64,000 nt of DNA from an uncultured Clostridium sp. (GCA_930982035.1 CAKNJL010000001.1:81031-145030); one strand, 5' to 3'. Shown: positions 42,521-54,026, numbered from the stretch's first letter. A program made the numbers and translations. Notes: generated by a model from the letters alone, not told the origin.

Positions 42521-43583
42521 TCAATTTATATAGATAGTAACACGGAAACCAACATTATCATGACTAAAAGAGGTGTCATACACACTACGGCTAGAAACTG
42601 GTCCGTAAAGGCCTGTATTACTTAAACTGCCTCCTCTACCAATTCTATTACTATTGTTGTTAGATTCCATTGTCCATTCTCTTACATTTCCGGCTAAATC
42701 ATATATGTTTTTTATGGCATAATCTTTATTTGAACCAGTTTTGGCTAAAATTCCAGAATAATTTCCTTTTCCTGTTGAATTTGTTACAAATGATATATTA
42801 GTATCACAATTTCCTGTTTTATAATTTGGGTCTATCCATGTCATTATCGCATCCCATTGCACTCCATATATTAATGTACTTGTTACATTATTTTCTTTTG
42901 AATACAATCCTTTTGCAACTTCAACTGCTCCTCCTGTTGCATCTGTCATGCTATTTCCCCAAATTATATTATTGTATACATTAACTCCTTGTTTAATTAT
43001 TAAATTTCCTCTTATTCCTGTTCCACTTTCAGCTGTTGTTCCTGCCTCATATCTACCTACATAAAATCCATTATATTTTAACACACTATTTTTCATTGTT
43101 TCATATTCGATTTGTTCGTTTTCATATCCGTTTAAATAAGGTTCTTCACAATTATCCCAAACTGATGATTGTAATTCACCACTACTATATCCTGCATAAG
43201 TTTTAAAATCACTACTATTGCTTACTGGTACCCATACAAACTCATTCTCATTTTTATCAATTACTACCAATCCATCATCAATTATATTTTCACCTTCTAC
43301 TTGCGATACTGCGAATCCTGCAGGAATTGTTGCAATATCTCCGTTTTTGTCGGTATATGGATAATTTTCTAAATTTATACTTGCTTCCAATGATGTTAAT
43401 CTTCTTAATTCATCTTCTTTAGATTTTTCTGTCTCTGTCTTTGCCTCTTGTGCTTTTGTTATTATTCCGGTTATCCCCCATTAGTGTCACTATCGTTACT
43501 CCAGCTAGTATTAGCAAGACCACTATAGTGATCACCAATGCTATTAAAGTAATACCTTTTCTATTAGAATTAAAATCTTTCAT
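42521..43583 (-). CDS. Prepilin-like protein with C-terminal FGE-sulfatase/C-type-lectin domain; +1 shift at CGG 43469
   Basis: KG|ITLIALVITIVVLLILAGVT..GDN|GIITKAQEAK joins ORF 42521-43390; YDLAGNVREW..RGGS..GFRV. Confidence 0.8.
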
Positions 43584-44126
43584 TTTTATCATTCCCTTCT
43601 TATTCTTATGTATTTCTTAGTATATTTTAATTATTCGCAATTTTATATAGTTTGCTCATTTTTCTTTAGTTCACCTCCATTTTATTTCATATGTAATTAA
43701 CATATAGCTTTCAAAAAGTTTTACTACCTATCACTCTTTATTATATATTTTGTAGAAATAACTCGAGATATTATAGCGTTTTGCTTCTTTATAATATCCT
43801 TGATTGAGATACTCTAAGAAAAAATTAAAAGCAAAAGATCTTTGATATTACTGCATTTCTAATCATATTAGGTCTCTAGCAACTTATTATTTTTTATATG
43901 CTAATGTTAAATTACTTTATTTTTAAATTTATATTTTTTATTGACTTTAATATATTTTATTGATAAAATTTAGACAGAAAAAAATTTCTTAGAGTATCTC
44001 ACTCTAAGAAATTCTTTAATTTATATTAATATTTTTATTATCATAATTCACAATTATTTTCCAATAATATCCTATTGAGCTAAATCTCTACATATAAAAA
44101 CTGTATTTTATAATACTTTATCATAT

Positions 44127-44819
44127 CTATTTACAAAATCTATGTCTTCCTATAGTTACTGTCATTGGTCTTGACCATATCCACTTATTTGTTGCTGTTG
44201 ATGGATTAAAATAATATATAGCACCATAACTTGGATCCCAACCATTTATAGCATCTTGGGCCGCTTTTTTTGCTGTTGAATCAGGTGTTAAATTTATTTG
44301 TCCATCTCTTACTGCGTCAAATGCTCCAGATTGATAGATTACTCCAGATACTGTATTAGGAAATGAACTATTTTTCACTCTATTCATTACAACTGCTCCT
44401 ACTGCTACTTGACCTGTATATGGCTCACCTCTAGCCTCACCATATATCAGCCTTGCCAACAAATTAACATTACTTGAATTACTTGTAGAAGATGATGATG
44501 AGCCAGATGAAGAACTATATATTCCCATAGCTTTTAATGTAGCTGGGCCTGCAATCCCATCAACTGTTAATCCATTTTTTCTTTGAAAATATCTAACAGC
44601 TTCTTGGGTTTGGCTTCCATATATTCCATCTATATTTCCATTATAATATCCCCATCTTTTTAATTTTGTTTGTATTTGTACTACTTCATCTCCTCTTGAT
44701 CCATATTTTGATAATGCTTCTACTTCATCATTTTTTAAAAATATATAAAACATTATTCCTATCACAACAAAAAATATTATAGAAATAAATATTATTTTTC
44801 TTTTATTTTTTAATTTCAT
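44127..44819 (-). CDS. sleB: Spore cortex-lytic enzyme SleB
   Basis: PG-binding domain, GEARGEPY.GQVAVGAVV.NR, H.FC. Confidence 0.93.
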   Translation of the reverse strand: MKLKNKRKIIFISIIFFVVIGIMFYIFLKNDEVEALSKYGSRGDEVVQIQTKLKRWGYYNGNIDGIYGSQTQEAVRYFQRKNGLTVDGIAGPATLKAMGIYSSSSGSSSSSTSNSSNVNLLARLIYGEARGEPYTGQVAVGAVVMNRVKNSSFPNTVSGVIYQSGAFDAVRDGQINLTPDSTAKKAAQDAINGWDPSYGAIYYFNPSTATNKWIWSRPMTVTIGRHRFCK

Positions 44820-44891
44820 AAAAAATCACCTTTACTAAAAAATATCTTACAGTTATTTTTAGCAAAATTGGGATTTATTATACATGAAAAT

Positions 44892-45911
44892 TTAACAATA
44901 CCTACAAAGTATAGATTCCAATCCTACTTGTAAATCAATCAATCCTATTTTATAGTTATAATCTAAATCTCTTAAATTTTGTAAAATTTCCTTTAATTCA
45001 TTTTCTTTAAAATATGATGATTGCATTTTATATTTATTTACCAAGAAAACCTGATTAGGTCTCAAATTTAAACTCGTAACAATATCTTTATTAACTTTCA
45101 AAGCCATTTTTGTAAGATACAATCTTTTAAAGTGATTATATAATGTTATTAGTATTTTCTGCAAAGGTTCTTTTGCATATATCAAATTTTTTAATACTTG
45201 TAAAGCTTTATTAGTTTCCTTTTTTCCTAAATTATCAGTTAAATCAAATATTACACTCTCCAATTTTTTTATACATAAACTATCTATATCTTGTTTTTCG
45301 ATTGTACCATTTTCCCCAGCATATTCAATTAATTTTCTTATTTCATTAATCAATTTCTGCATATTAGTACCACAAGTTTCTATAAAATATCTTAAATTAG
45401 CATCTGATATTTTTACTTTATAAGCATTACAAATAGCCTTCATTCTTTTTTCTATTTGTATAGGTTTTTGATATTCAAAATTACATACAGTTCCAAATTT
45501 ATCTATAGTCTTGAACAATTTGATTCTACTATCTACATCATCTTCTACAAATACTAGCACTACACTTTCTTTGATTAGCTTACTATTTTTCTCTATATAT
45601 TCTGCTAGTCTATCTTTTATTTTAGTTAGTTCTACATTCTTTTTCTTTCCTTCTTTTTTTAGTATTCCTGAATTTCTAACTATTATCAATTTTTTTGCAT
45701 ATCCAAAAGCTGGAGTTTCTATGTCAGATATAATTTCTCCAATATTTGTATCATCTATTTGTATATAGTTTATTCCCTTAACACATTCGCCAAATAGATT
45801 TCTTATCTTTTTTAATACATTCTCTAATAAAAATAGTTCTTCACCATATAATAAATAAATGCTTTTTAAGATTCCATTATTTAATTCTTTTTCTAAATCT
45901 TCTATTTTCAT
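44892..45911 (-). CDS. holA: DNA polymerase III delta subunit
   Basis: YLLYGEE, ETPAFG, NEIRKL, IFDLTD; AGAAAGGA RBS before ATG 45911. Confidence 0.9.
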   Translation of the reverse strand: MKIEDLEKELNNGILKSIYLLYGEELFLLENVLKKIRNLFGECVKGINYIQIDDTNIGEIISDIETPAFGYAKKLIIVRNSGILKKEGKKKNVELTKIKDRLAEYIEKNSKLIKESVVLVFVEDDVDSRIKLFKTIDKFGTVCNFEYQKPIQIEKRMKAICNAYKVKISDANLRYFIETCGTNMQKLINEIRKLIEYAGENGTIEKQDIDSLCIKKLESVIFDLTDNLGKKETNKALQVLKNLIYAKEPLQKILITLYNHFKRLYLTKMALKVNKDIVTSLNLRPNQVFLVNKYKMQSSYFKENELKEILQNLRDLDYNYKIGLIDLQVGLESILCRYC

Positions 45912-45938
45912 TTTATTATATTCCTTTCTGGAACGTTG

Positions 45939-46217
45939 GGGACGTGTCAAATTGGACATTTTTTGTCCAAAAGGGACAGGTCCCAACTCTCAATTTTAAC
46001 TATTTTGTATTATAATGTTTTACCCCTATCACCTTTAAGCAAAAGTTCTCTAACTTGACACATCCCTAATAACTTATTTTATATTCATGGTATCTTAAGT
46101 CCTGTTCCTTTTTGACAAAAATCATCTAGTTTGATACGCCTCTAATAGCTTATTTTATATTATAATATCTTAAGACCTGTCCCTTTTGGACAAAAAATGT
46201 CCAATTTGACACGTCCC
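45939..46217. repeat. MITE/REPIN-like unit with perfect 44-bp terminal inverted repeats
   Basis: 45939-45982 is the reverse complement of 46174-46217. Confidence 0.8.
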
Positions 46218-46224
46218 TAATAGC

Positions 46225-46710
46225 TCATAATTTTTGTGCAAATTTAGATGAATGTGCATGGCAAATCGCCATTGCCATGCTATCCGTAATATCATCTAGC
46301 TTAGGTAATTTTTCTGTATTTAATATCATTTTTACCATTCTTTGAACTTGAATTTTGTCAGCTCTGCCATAACCTGTAACAGCTTGTTTTACTTGAAGTG
46401 GTGTATATTCATAAATATTCAAATCATTTTGTCTTGCTGTTACTAGTATCACTCCTCTTGCTTGTGCTACATTGATTGCTGTTTTTGCATTATTGTTAAA
46501 AAATAATTCTTCTATAGCCATTGCGTCTGGTTTGTACATTTTTATTATATTGTCTAATTCTTTATTTATCTTTTCTAATCTTAATGGAAAAGATGTTTTT
46601 GCTTCTGTTAAAATTGCACCTGATGTTTCTAAATGAAATTTATTCCCTATATAGTCAATAATGCTATAGCCTGTTATTGCAAATCCAGGGTCAATTCCTA
46701 ATATTCTCAT
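46225..46710 (-). CDS. ruvC: Holliday junction resolvase RuvC
   Basis: ILGIDPG, IEELFF, AQARG, YTPLQVK, DDITD. Confidence 0.96.
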   Translation of the reverse strand: MRILGIDPGFAITGYSIIDYIGNKFHLETSGAILTEAKTSFPLRLEKINKELDNIIKMYKPDAMAIEELFFNNNAKTAINVAQARGVILVTARQNDLNIYEYTPLQVKQAVTGYGRADKIQVQRMVKMILNTEKLPKLDDITDSMAMAICHAHSSKFAQKL

Positions 46711-46908
46711 GTTTTTACCTTCTTTCGTTTTTTAGGTCTTCCCTTTCGTTCCAATTTAGAAAAATCTTCGACTTTTCCAAAATATCAAACATTGCACACA
46801 AATTTCACTTTGTAAAATTTGGCGCCGAACAATAACTCGGTTTTAATATTATGAGTATGAAGAATAAAAAACCGCTATTGTTATCCTTCGGAACGATTTG
46901 GCCCGTCC

Positions 46909-48939
46909 CTAATGTTCCATTATAATTCTAAATATTTCAGCTACACTCCATGCTTGTGCTATTGCTCCTTTTGGTAGTTGTGGTTTTGCTGAATCATATA
47001 ATTCTGATATACTTCCTATACAGCCGTTTTCATTAATTTCTTTTTTGAATGTTCTTTTAGTTTTGTCTACAAATTTTTGTATCTTATTTTCTAGTTCTTC
47101 TTTTTCTTCTTCTTTTGCTTTGTCTTTTATATTTCTAAGTGCATCATAATATAATCCTAATAGCCATGGCCATGTAATTCCTTGATGGTAACTTGTATCT
47201 CTTTTGAAGCTGTCTCCTTCATATACTTCTACATAGTTTTCTTCACCTTTGGCTAGCGTTTTTAGACCATAATTGTTTAATAATTTCTTTTCTACTACTG
47301 TTATTATGTTTTTTGCTATTTCTGAATCAGGGTCTATTATTGGATGTGTTAAACTTAGTGCAAATAATTGGTTTGGTCTTATTTTTCCATCTCCTAATAC
47401 ATCATAAAGACATTTTGTTTCTGGGTTATAAAATTTTTCTTCAAATGTTTTTTTACATTTCTTTGCTAGGTCTTTATATTTTTTTATTTGCAATAAGTCT
47501 CCTATTCTTAATGTTAAGTTTGCCATTATCATATTTGCATTATACCACATGGCATTTATTTCTACTGCTTTTCCATTTCTTGGTGTTACTGCCATATTAC
47601 CTACTTTTGCATCCATCCATGTATTTTGTGTTTCGTCTGTTCCTGATTCTATTAATCCATCTTTATCTAGATAGATGTTGTTTCCATCTACATTGTTTCC
47701 TTCTACATAGTTTTTTATGATATCTTCTAATTTTGGATAAATTTTTTCTTTTATAAATTTGTAATCTTTTGTATATTCTAGGTATTTTTGCACTTGTTCA
47801 AATAATAGTAAAGATGCATCTACACTATTATATAGTGGTCTATTATCAAATCCAGAATATCCATTTGGTACTAATCCATATTTTATGTCTCTTACCATTG
47901 TTAATAATACTTCTCTTGCAATATCAAATTTTTTGGTAACTAATAATAGTCCTTCAAATGCAATTAGAGTGTCTCTTCCCCAGTCTAAAAACCATGGATA
48001 TCCTGCTATTATTGTATGTAATCTAAAGTTTGGTCTATATACTATAAAATTATCAATTGCTTTTAAAAATGTTTTTGTTAATTCATCTTCGTTTAATTCT
48101 TTTTTTGTCTTCTTTTCTTTTTCAGGTATCAATCCTGTTTTTTCGATTTCTCTATCTATTCTTGCAATTTCTTTTTCCATTAATTCTTTTACGTCTTTTT
48201 CTTCTATATTTTCTTCTAAAGAACATACAAAAGAAATTTCTTTTTCTTCATTTGCTTTTATTTCCACTTCGTACACACCTGGTACAGCATGATTTTCTTC
48301 TGGATAAAATCCTCTTTTTTCTTCTTCTACATAAAACATATTGTTGAAGGTATCATTATCATGAATAATATATTTTCCTTCTGATAGATTCATATATACT
48401 GGTGTTTGTGATTTTTCATCAATTACTAGTTTTACTTTTGTATCATTTACCTGTTGTCTTATGTTAAAATGATGTCCTGTATTCATCGTATGGAAATCTC
48501 TAAAATTCACAATTGGTGCTAATGTAAGTTTTGATTTATATCTTCCGTTTTTTATTTTATAGTGTACACCTACTGTATTTTGGTTATATTCCATGCATAT
48601 ACTTTTTTCTATTTCTACTCCATTTACATTATATTTGAATGTTGGATAATAATCTTTTTCAAATTCTTCTTGATATTTGTATCCATGAGAAATAAATGAT
48701 TCACATATATTTGTATATAAATCATATTTTTTCCCTCTTATTTCTAGTGATTCATCTAGTTTTGATAGAACTAGAAATCTACTAGCTGGTGGATTTAATG
48801 TTGCTATTAATAATCCATGATATTTTCTAGTATTTGCTCCTATGATTGTAGAAGATGCAAAACCTCCTATTCCATTAGTAATTACCCATTCCTTATCAAT
48901 TCCCGTTTCTAAATTTAAATTTTCCTTTGTAAATTTCAT
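46909..48939 (-). CDS. Glycogen debranching enzyme / amylo-alpha-1,6-glucosidase family
   Basis: EWVITNGIGG, RKYHGLL, AGYPWF.DWGRDT, IRPNQ, QAWSVAE. Confidence 0.9.
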   Translation of the reverse strand: MKFTKENLNLETGIDKEWVITNGIGGFASSTIIGANTRKYHGLLIATLNPPASRFLVLSKLDESLEIRGKKYDLYTNICESFISHGYKYQEEFEKDYYPTFKYNVNGVEIEKSICMEYNQNTVGVHYKIKNGRYKSKLTLAPIVNFRDFHTMNTGHHFNIRQQVNDTKVKLVIDEKSQTPVYMNLSEGKYIIHDNDTFNNMFYVEEEKRGFYPEENHAVPGVYEVEIKANEEKEISFVCSLEENIEEKDVKELMEKEIARIDREIEKTGLIPEKEKKTKKELNEDELTKTFLKAIDNFIVYRPNFRLHTIIAGYPWFLDWGRDTLIAFEGLLLVTKKFDIAREVLLTMVRDIKYGLVPNGYSGFDNRPLYNSVDASLLLFEQVQKYLEYTKDYKFIKEKIYPKLEDIIKNYVEGNNVDGNNIYLDKDGLIESGTDETQNTWMDAKVGNMAVTPRNGKAVEINAMWYNANMIMANLTLRIGDLLQIKKYKDLAKKCKKTFEEKFYNPETKCLYDVLGDGKIRPNQLFALSLTHPIIDPDSEIAKNIITVVEKKLLNNYGLKTLAKGEENYVEVYEGDSFKRDTSYHQGITWPWLLGLYYDALRNIKDKAKEEEKEELENKIQKFVDKTKRTFKKEINENGCIGSISELYDSAKPQLPKGAIAQAWSVAEIFRIIMEH

Positions 48940-49120
48940 AATATCCTCCGTTTTTTTATTAAAATTTTATATTATATAGTGAACTTTTAGTTCATTATCC
49001 TTAACACTTATTAAAATATTTTATTGTTTTAAATCTATGTATTTTTTAATTTTTTAGATACTAAATAATACAATAATTGAAATTCTAGCATTAGAAATTT
49101 CTTATTTATCTATTTTGATT

Positions 49121-50728
49121 TTATTTAGTTTGCTTAGTTTTTGTTCTTCTCCCTTTGTTTCCAAAGTTTTTCATTTTTGAAGATTTTATTTGTTTATCTC
49201 CTTTTGTATGTACATAATTTTCATTTCTTTTTGTAGTTTCTCTTTCTGTCTTTCTTCTTGCTTTTTCATCTGCTTCTCTAATTGATTCAATTCTTTCTCT
49301 GTATTTATTACTAAATTTGCTTTTTCCTCTTTTTACTCTTTTAGGTTCTTTTTTTCCATTTTTATATTTCTTTTCTTCTGCTTTTTTTATTTTGTTAATT
49401 CTTTTTTCTTCTTGTAATTTTGTATTTAACATTAAATATTGTGGATCATTTTGCTTATCTTGGTATTTTAAGTCATCACAAATTAGTTCAATTATAGAGC
49501 CTGCAACTAAACTTGGGTCATGTCTTATGTATTCACTATTTACCATTGACAAGTTTCTTTGTAAAAATTTTACTCCTTTTATTTTTTCTACATCTTGCTC
49601 TACTATATCTTGCCCTTCTAAATTATATTTTTTTATAAATTCTGGTATAATTTCACCTGTATCATATATACAATAGTCTATAATTCCTTGTCCACAATGC
49701 TCAATTATTGCATTTATGTGATCTGCTACACTATAATTATCTGTTTGGCCTGGCTCTGTCATTATATTACTTATATATACTTTTATTGCTGTGCTTTCTT
49801 TTACTGCTTTATTTATTCCATTTATCAAAAGATTTGGTATTACATTTGTATATAAACTTCCTGGCCCTATAATGATACAATCTGCTTTTTTTATGGCTTC
49901 CACTACTCCTGGTGCTGGTTTACAATTTGCTGGACTTATTGTTATCCTATTTATTTTTGTTAGTTTTTCAGAAACTACTTCCGGTATTCTAGATTTTTCT
50001 TCTACTATATATCCATTTGCTAACTCTGCTGTTATCTTCATTTCATCTAAAGTAGCTGGTATAACTTTTCCTATCATATTAACAATTTCATTGCTTTTTA
50101 TTATTGAATCTTCAAAATTACCATTTATTTCTTTCATAGCCAAAAAGTATATATCTGAAAATTCTAGACCACTTAATCTTCCTCTTTTAAATTCATAATT
50201 AAATAATTTTTCTACTGTTTCTTCTTTTTCCGATAAAGCTACTATACTATCTTTTATATCACCAAGTGGTAATGTTTGCAATTCTCTTCTTGAATTTGTA
50301 ATTTCTTCACCATAATTTGATACTGTTACAATTGCTGTTAAATTACTAGTGTAGTTTTTCAAACCAGAAAGTACTGTATTTAATCCTGTTCCACCTCCTA
50401 TAACTACAATATTAGGTCCTTTGTCATATACCTTTTTGTTGAAAATCAATGAATTTATGTTTACATTCTTTTTGTTTTCCATTCTTTCATCTGTAGATTC
50501 GATTAGAACTTCTAATGTCCTCTTGTTTATGTATATTAATCCTATTACTATTGCTACAAACCCTACTACAAAGATTGCAACTACTTTTCCTACTTGTTCA
50601 AAAGATATTTCCTTTAATACTAATATTTCCGCTATTCCATAACAACACAATATTATTCCTATTAAAATTAAAAATATCCATCTTTTTATTTTTGTACTTG
50701 ACTTAAACCAGTGCATAAAACCGCTCAT
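49121..50728 (-). CDS. yvcK: YvcK/GlmR-family UDP-GlcNAc-binding protein with membrane N-terminus and basic tail
   Basis: IGGGTGL, GPGSLYTNVIPN, MTEPGQT, RHD. Confidence 0.9.
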   Translation of the reverse strand: MSGFMHWFKSSTKIKRWIFLILIGIILCCYGIAEILVLKEISFEQVGKVVAIFVVGFVAIVIGLIYINKRTLEVLIESTDERMENKKNVNINSLIFNKKVYDKGPNIVVIGGGTGLNTVLSGLKNYTSNLTAIVTVSNYGEEITNSRRELQTLPLGDIKDSIVALSEKEETVEKLFNYEFKRGRLSGLEFSDIYFLAMKEINGNFEDSIIKSNEIVNMIGKVIPATLDEMKITAELANGYIVEEKSRIPEVVSEKLTKINRITISPANCKPAPGVVEAIKKADCIIIGPGSLYTNVIPNLLINGINKAVKESTAIKVYISNIMTEPGQTDNYSVADHINAIIEHCGQGIIDYCIYDTGEIIPEFIKKYNLEGQDIVEQDVEKIKGVKFLQRNLSMVNSEYIRHDPSLVAGSIIELICDDLKYQDKQNDPQYLMLNTKLQEEKRINKIKKAEEKKYKNGKKEPKRVKRGKSKFSNKYRERIESIREADEKARRKTERETTKRNENYVHTKGDKQIKSSKMKNFGNKGRRTKTKQTK

Positions 50729-50729
50729 C

Positions 50730-51650
50730 TTAATTCTCTCCTATAATTTCAATTTCTAATTCTATTTCTTTATTATATTTTTCATATATTTTGTTTCTTA
50801 CGTATTCTATTAATTCTAAAATATCTTTTGCAGTTGCATTTCCTTTGTTTATTATAAATCCTGCGTGTTTTTCAGAAACTTCTGCTCCTCCAATGCTAAA
50901 TCCTTTTAAGCCTGCTTCATCTATTAGTTTTGCTGTTATATAATCACTTCCTCTTTTGAATGTACTCCCTGCACTAGGGTATTCTATTGGTTGTTTTTCT
51001 TTTCTATATGTTGCATACTCTTCCATTTTTTGCCTTATATCTTTTTCTGTTCCCTTTTCAAATTGCATTCCAACTTCTAGTACAATATATTTTTTATCTT
51101 TTAACATACTTCTTCTATAATCAAATTCCATGTCTTTATTTTCAAATTGCTTTATATTACCATCATAATCCATACAAGTAACTGTATTTACTATATCTTT
51201 GAATTCTTTACCATGTGCTCCAGCATTCATTCTAACTGCTCCCCCTATTGTTCCTGGAATTCCTGATAATTCTTCAAATCCTGTAATTTCATTTTTTAAA
51301 AGAAGATGTCCAAAAATTGAAATTTTGACACCAGCTCCAATATTCGCATAAATTTTGCCATCAAAGTTTATCATTTCCATTTTGTTAAATCTAATATTTA
51401 ATACAATTCCTTTTATTCCTTCATCTAATACTAATACATTACTTCCATTTCCTAGTACAGTTATTTTAATATCATTATTCTTTGCAAATTTTAATATATT
51501 TCTTAAATCTTTTATATCATCAATTTTTATGTAACATTCTGCTGGTCCCCCGACTTTAAAAGTAGTATGTTTTGACATTGGTTCATCAAATAAAATTTTT
51601 TCTTCCGATATCTCCAGTTCTAATATTTTCTTTTTTAAATTTTCTGTCAT
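50730..51650 (-). CDS. murB: UDP-N-acetylenolpyruvoylglucosamine reductase
   Basis: TTFKVGG, GNGSN, GIPGTIGG..MNAGA, PSAGSTFK. Confidence 0.96.
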   Translation of the reverse strand: MTENLKKKILELEISEEKILFDEPMSKHTTFKVGGPAECYIKIDDIKDLRNILKFAKNNDIKITVLGNGSNVLVLDEGIKGIVLNIRFNKMEMINFDGKIYANIGAGVKISIFGHLLLKNEITGFEELSGIPGTIGGAVRMNAGAHGKEFKDIVNTVTCMDYDGNIKQFENKDMEFDYRRSMLKDKKYIVLEVGMQFEKGTEKDIRQKMEEYATYRKEKQPIEYPSAGSTFKRGSDYITAKLIDEAGLKGFSIGGAEVSEKHAGFIINKGNATAKDILELIEYVRNKIYEKYNKEIELEIEIIGEN

Positions 51651-51692
51651 AACATTCCTCCTCGTACGTATAAGATTTATTGTATAAAAGTT

Positions 51693-52235
51693 TTAGTTTA
51701 CTTCTTTGGCATAAATATATAATGGTTTCCCACTTTCTGTTACTTTGGTTGTAGAATTTATTACTTCTCCTGTCTCATAATTTACTATATATTCATTTTC
51801 TGATTTTGTTATTCCTAAATTGTTTAAACCATTATTTGAAGTTGTTAATAAATAATAATTGTTTTCTTTACCCGCACTGTTATCTTTTAATTCTATATCT
51901 TCTCCTGTTTGTTGGCTGTTAATCTCTGCTATTACACTATTTACTGTAGCAATATCAATTTTATCTCCTGGGTATGCTTCATCTGTTTCATCTGTTAAAT
52001 CTATCTTCGTTTTTCTCTGCAGTACCGCATTTTGTACCATTCCTAACTCACTTAACAAAGTATCTTCTCGTGAATCTTTTATACTTTGTGTCCCCATATT
52101 TATAGTTATTCCTGCCAATATTAATAATACTACTATTGTTACAACTAATGCTATTAATGTTATTCCTTTTTGATTTTTTAAATTTATCTTTTCTAGTTTT
52201 TCCATAGTATCTATCATTCCTTTCGCTTTAATCAA
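51693..52235 (-). CDS. Prepilin-like (type II/IV pilin N-terminus) protein
   Basis: KG|ITLIALVVTIVVLLILAGIT; YIVNYETGEV. Confidence 0.8.
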   Translation of the reverse strand: MIKAKGMIDTMEKLEKINLKNQKGITLIALVVTIVVLLILAGITINMGTQSIKDSREDTLLSELGMVQNAVLQRKTKIDLTDETDEAYPGDKIDIATVNSVIAEINSQQTGEDIELKDNSAGKENNYYLLTTSNNGLNNLGITKSENEYIVNYETGEVINSTTKVTESGKPLYIYAKEVN

Positions 52236-52295
52236 GCTACAAAATTTTCTTTTGTTGAATTCTTTATTACTATATCATTTTTTGTGATTAATTAC

Positions 52296-52413
52296 AAGAG
52301 TTTTTGAGAGAATTCCTTGGGAGGGACTGAGGGGACGGTCCTTGAATCCCTAAAAACAGGGATTCAAGGACCGTCCCCTCAGTCCCTCCCAAGGAATTCT
52401 CTTAAAAACTCTT
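52296..52413. repeat. GC-rich near-perfect palindrome (about 56-bp arms), REP-like
   Basis: ..GGGACTGAGGGGACGGTCCTTGAATCCCT-AAAAAC-AGGGATTCAAGGACCGTCCCCTCAGTCCC.. Confidence 0.85.
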
Positions 52414-52475
52414 CCATTTTCTTGAAATTTATAGTATAATATAGTTAGTGAGTTTAAAAAAGGAGGATTTTATTA

Positions 52476-52912
52476 TGTGGCAATTTTGGCTAATTGCTTC
52501 TGGAATATTTTTTATAGCTGAAATTATAACAACTGGATTCTTGGTTTTTTGGTTAGGAGTTTCAGGATTAATTACAATGTGTGTTAGTTTCTTTACTGAC
52601 AACTTAATAATCCAAACATCAGTATTTGTGGTTCTTTCTGCACTATTAATCTTAGTAACAAAACCTTTTGTAAAAAAATTTGTATCAAAAGACACAGATA
52701 AAACCGAAAAAACAAATGCCTTTTCAATTATAGGAAAAAAAGCTATTGTTATTAAAGACATTGATTCTATAAATGGTGTTGGTCAAATAAAAGTTGATGG
52801 AGAAGTTTGGTCAGCTGAAGGTATAAATGGTTCTAATATTGAAAAAGGAACAGAAGTTAAAATTTCAAAAATAGATGGTGTTCGAGCAATTGTTGAACCT
52901 ATATCAAAGTAG
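52476..52912 (+). CDS. NfeD-like membrane protein
   Basis: MWQFWLI..AEI, GQIKVDGEVWSA; upstream of SPFH gene. Confidence 0.9.
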
Positions 52913-53099
52913 TTTTTATGGCACAATAAATATCTGGTTTTTTATTTATAGAAAATGGTATAAAATCTTTAAATTATATGACTTTAAATAAAAAACAAAT
53001 ATTTAAAAAAAGTTTATATATTTAGTTTAAAAACTAATTTTTATATAACATAAAATTCAAATTAGGATGTTTAAATTTAAAATAAAGGAGGAAGTTTTT

Positions 53100-54026
53100 A
53101 TGATTTTTTTAATAATATTACTTGCTATTATTTTAGTTATAGCATTTATGTCAATAAAAATCGTTAAACAATCTGAGGTATATATAATTGAAAGATTAGG
53201 TAAATTTTATAAAGTTGCTGATGCTGGTCTTACAATTATAATTCCATTTTTTGACCATGTAAGAAGTGTGGTAAGTTTAAAGCAACAAACAATGGATATT
53301 CCACCTCAAAGTGTTATTACAAAAGATAATGTTACAATTACAATAGATACTGTTGTATTCTACCAAATAACAGATCCTGCAAAGGCTGTTTATGAAATTC
53401 AAAGTTTGAAAAAAGGTATCGAGTATTTAGCAATTACAACAATTCGTGATATTATCGGTAAAATGGATTTAGATGAGACATTTAGTTCAAGAGATGGTAT
53501 TAACACAAAATTAAGAGTTGTTCTTGATGAAGCAACAGACAGATGGGGATGTAAAATAGACAGAGTTGAAATTAAAGATATTGAGCCACCTGCTGATGTT
53601 AGAGATGCAATGGAAAAAGAGATGAATGCTGAAAGAAATAAAAGAGCTTTAATTCTAGAAGCTGAGGCTCAAAGACAATCAGCAATTACTATTGCAGAAG
53701 GTAAAAAACAAGCTGCTATATTAGAAGCAGAAGCAGATAAAGAAGCTCAAATTAGAAGAGCTGTCGGTGAGGCTCAAGCTATTAAAGAAGTTGCTGATGC
53801 AAAAGCTAAAGAAATTCAAATGGTTTATGATGCAATTAAAAAATCTGATCCTGATGAAAAATTAGTTCAATTAAAATCTTTAGAGGCATTAGAAAAAGTG
53901 GCTGATGGTGAAGCTAATAAGGTATTTATTCCTTTTGAAGCTACTAGCGCATTAGGTAGTTTAGGTGCTATTAAAGAAGTTATGACTGAAGATAAAAAAT
54001 CTAAGTCTAAAAAGGTAGAGGAATAA
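53100..54026 (+). CDS. SPFH/band 7 (QmcA-like) protein
   Basis: ERLGKF, ITKDNV, ATDRWG, AMEKEM.AER; GGAGG RBS before ATG 53100. Confidence 0.93.
   Translation: MIFLIILLAIILVIAFMSIKIVKQSEVYIIERLGKFYKVADAGLTIIIPFFDHVRSVVSLKQQTMDIPPQSVITKDNVTITIDTVVFYQITDPAKAVYEIQSLKKGIEYLAITTIRDIIGKMDLDETFSSRDGINTKLRVVLDEATDRWGCKIDRVEIKDIEPPADVRDAMEKEMNAERNKRALILEAEAQRQSAITIAEGKKQAAILEAEADKEAQIRRAVGEAQAIKEVADAKAKEIQMVYDAIKKSDPDEKLVQLKSLEALEKVADGEANKVFIPFEATSALGSLGAIKEVMTEDKKSKSKKVEE

Noticed and set aside
46720-46900. Structured region upstream of ruvC as 6S RNA or a RAYT remnant
   Set aside because: One hairpin and a REP half-site are visible, but there is no convincing 6S central bubble or transposase motif
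48977-49000. Possible LexA box GAAC-TTTTA-GTTC
   Set aside because: Spacer is 5 nt, not the Firmicute GAAC-N4-GTTC
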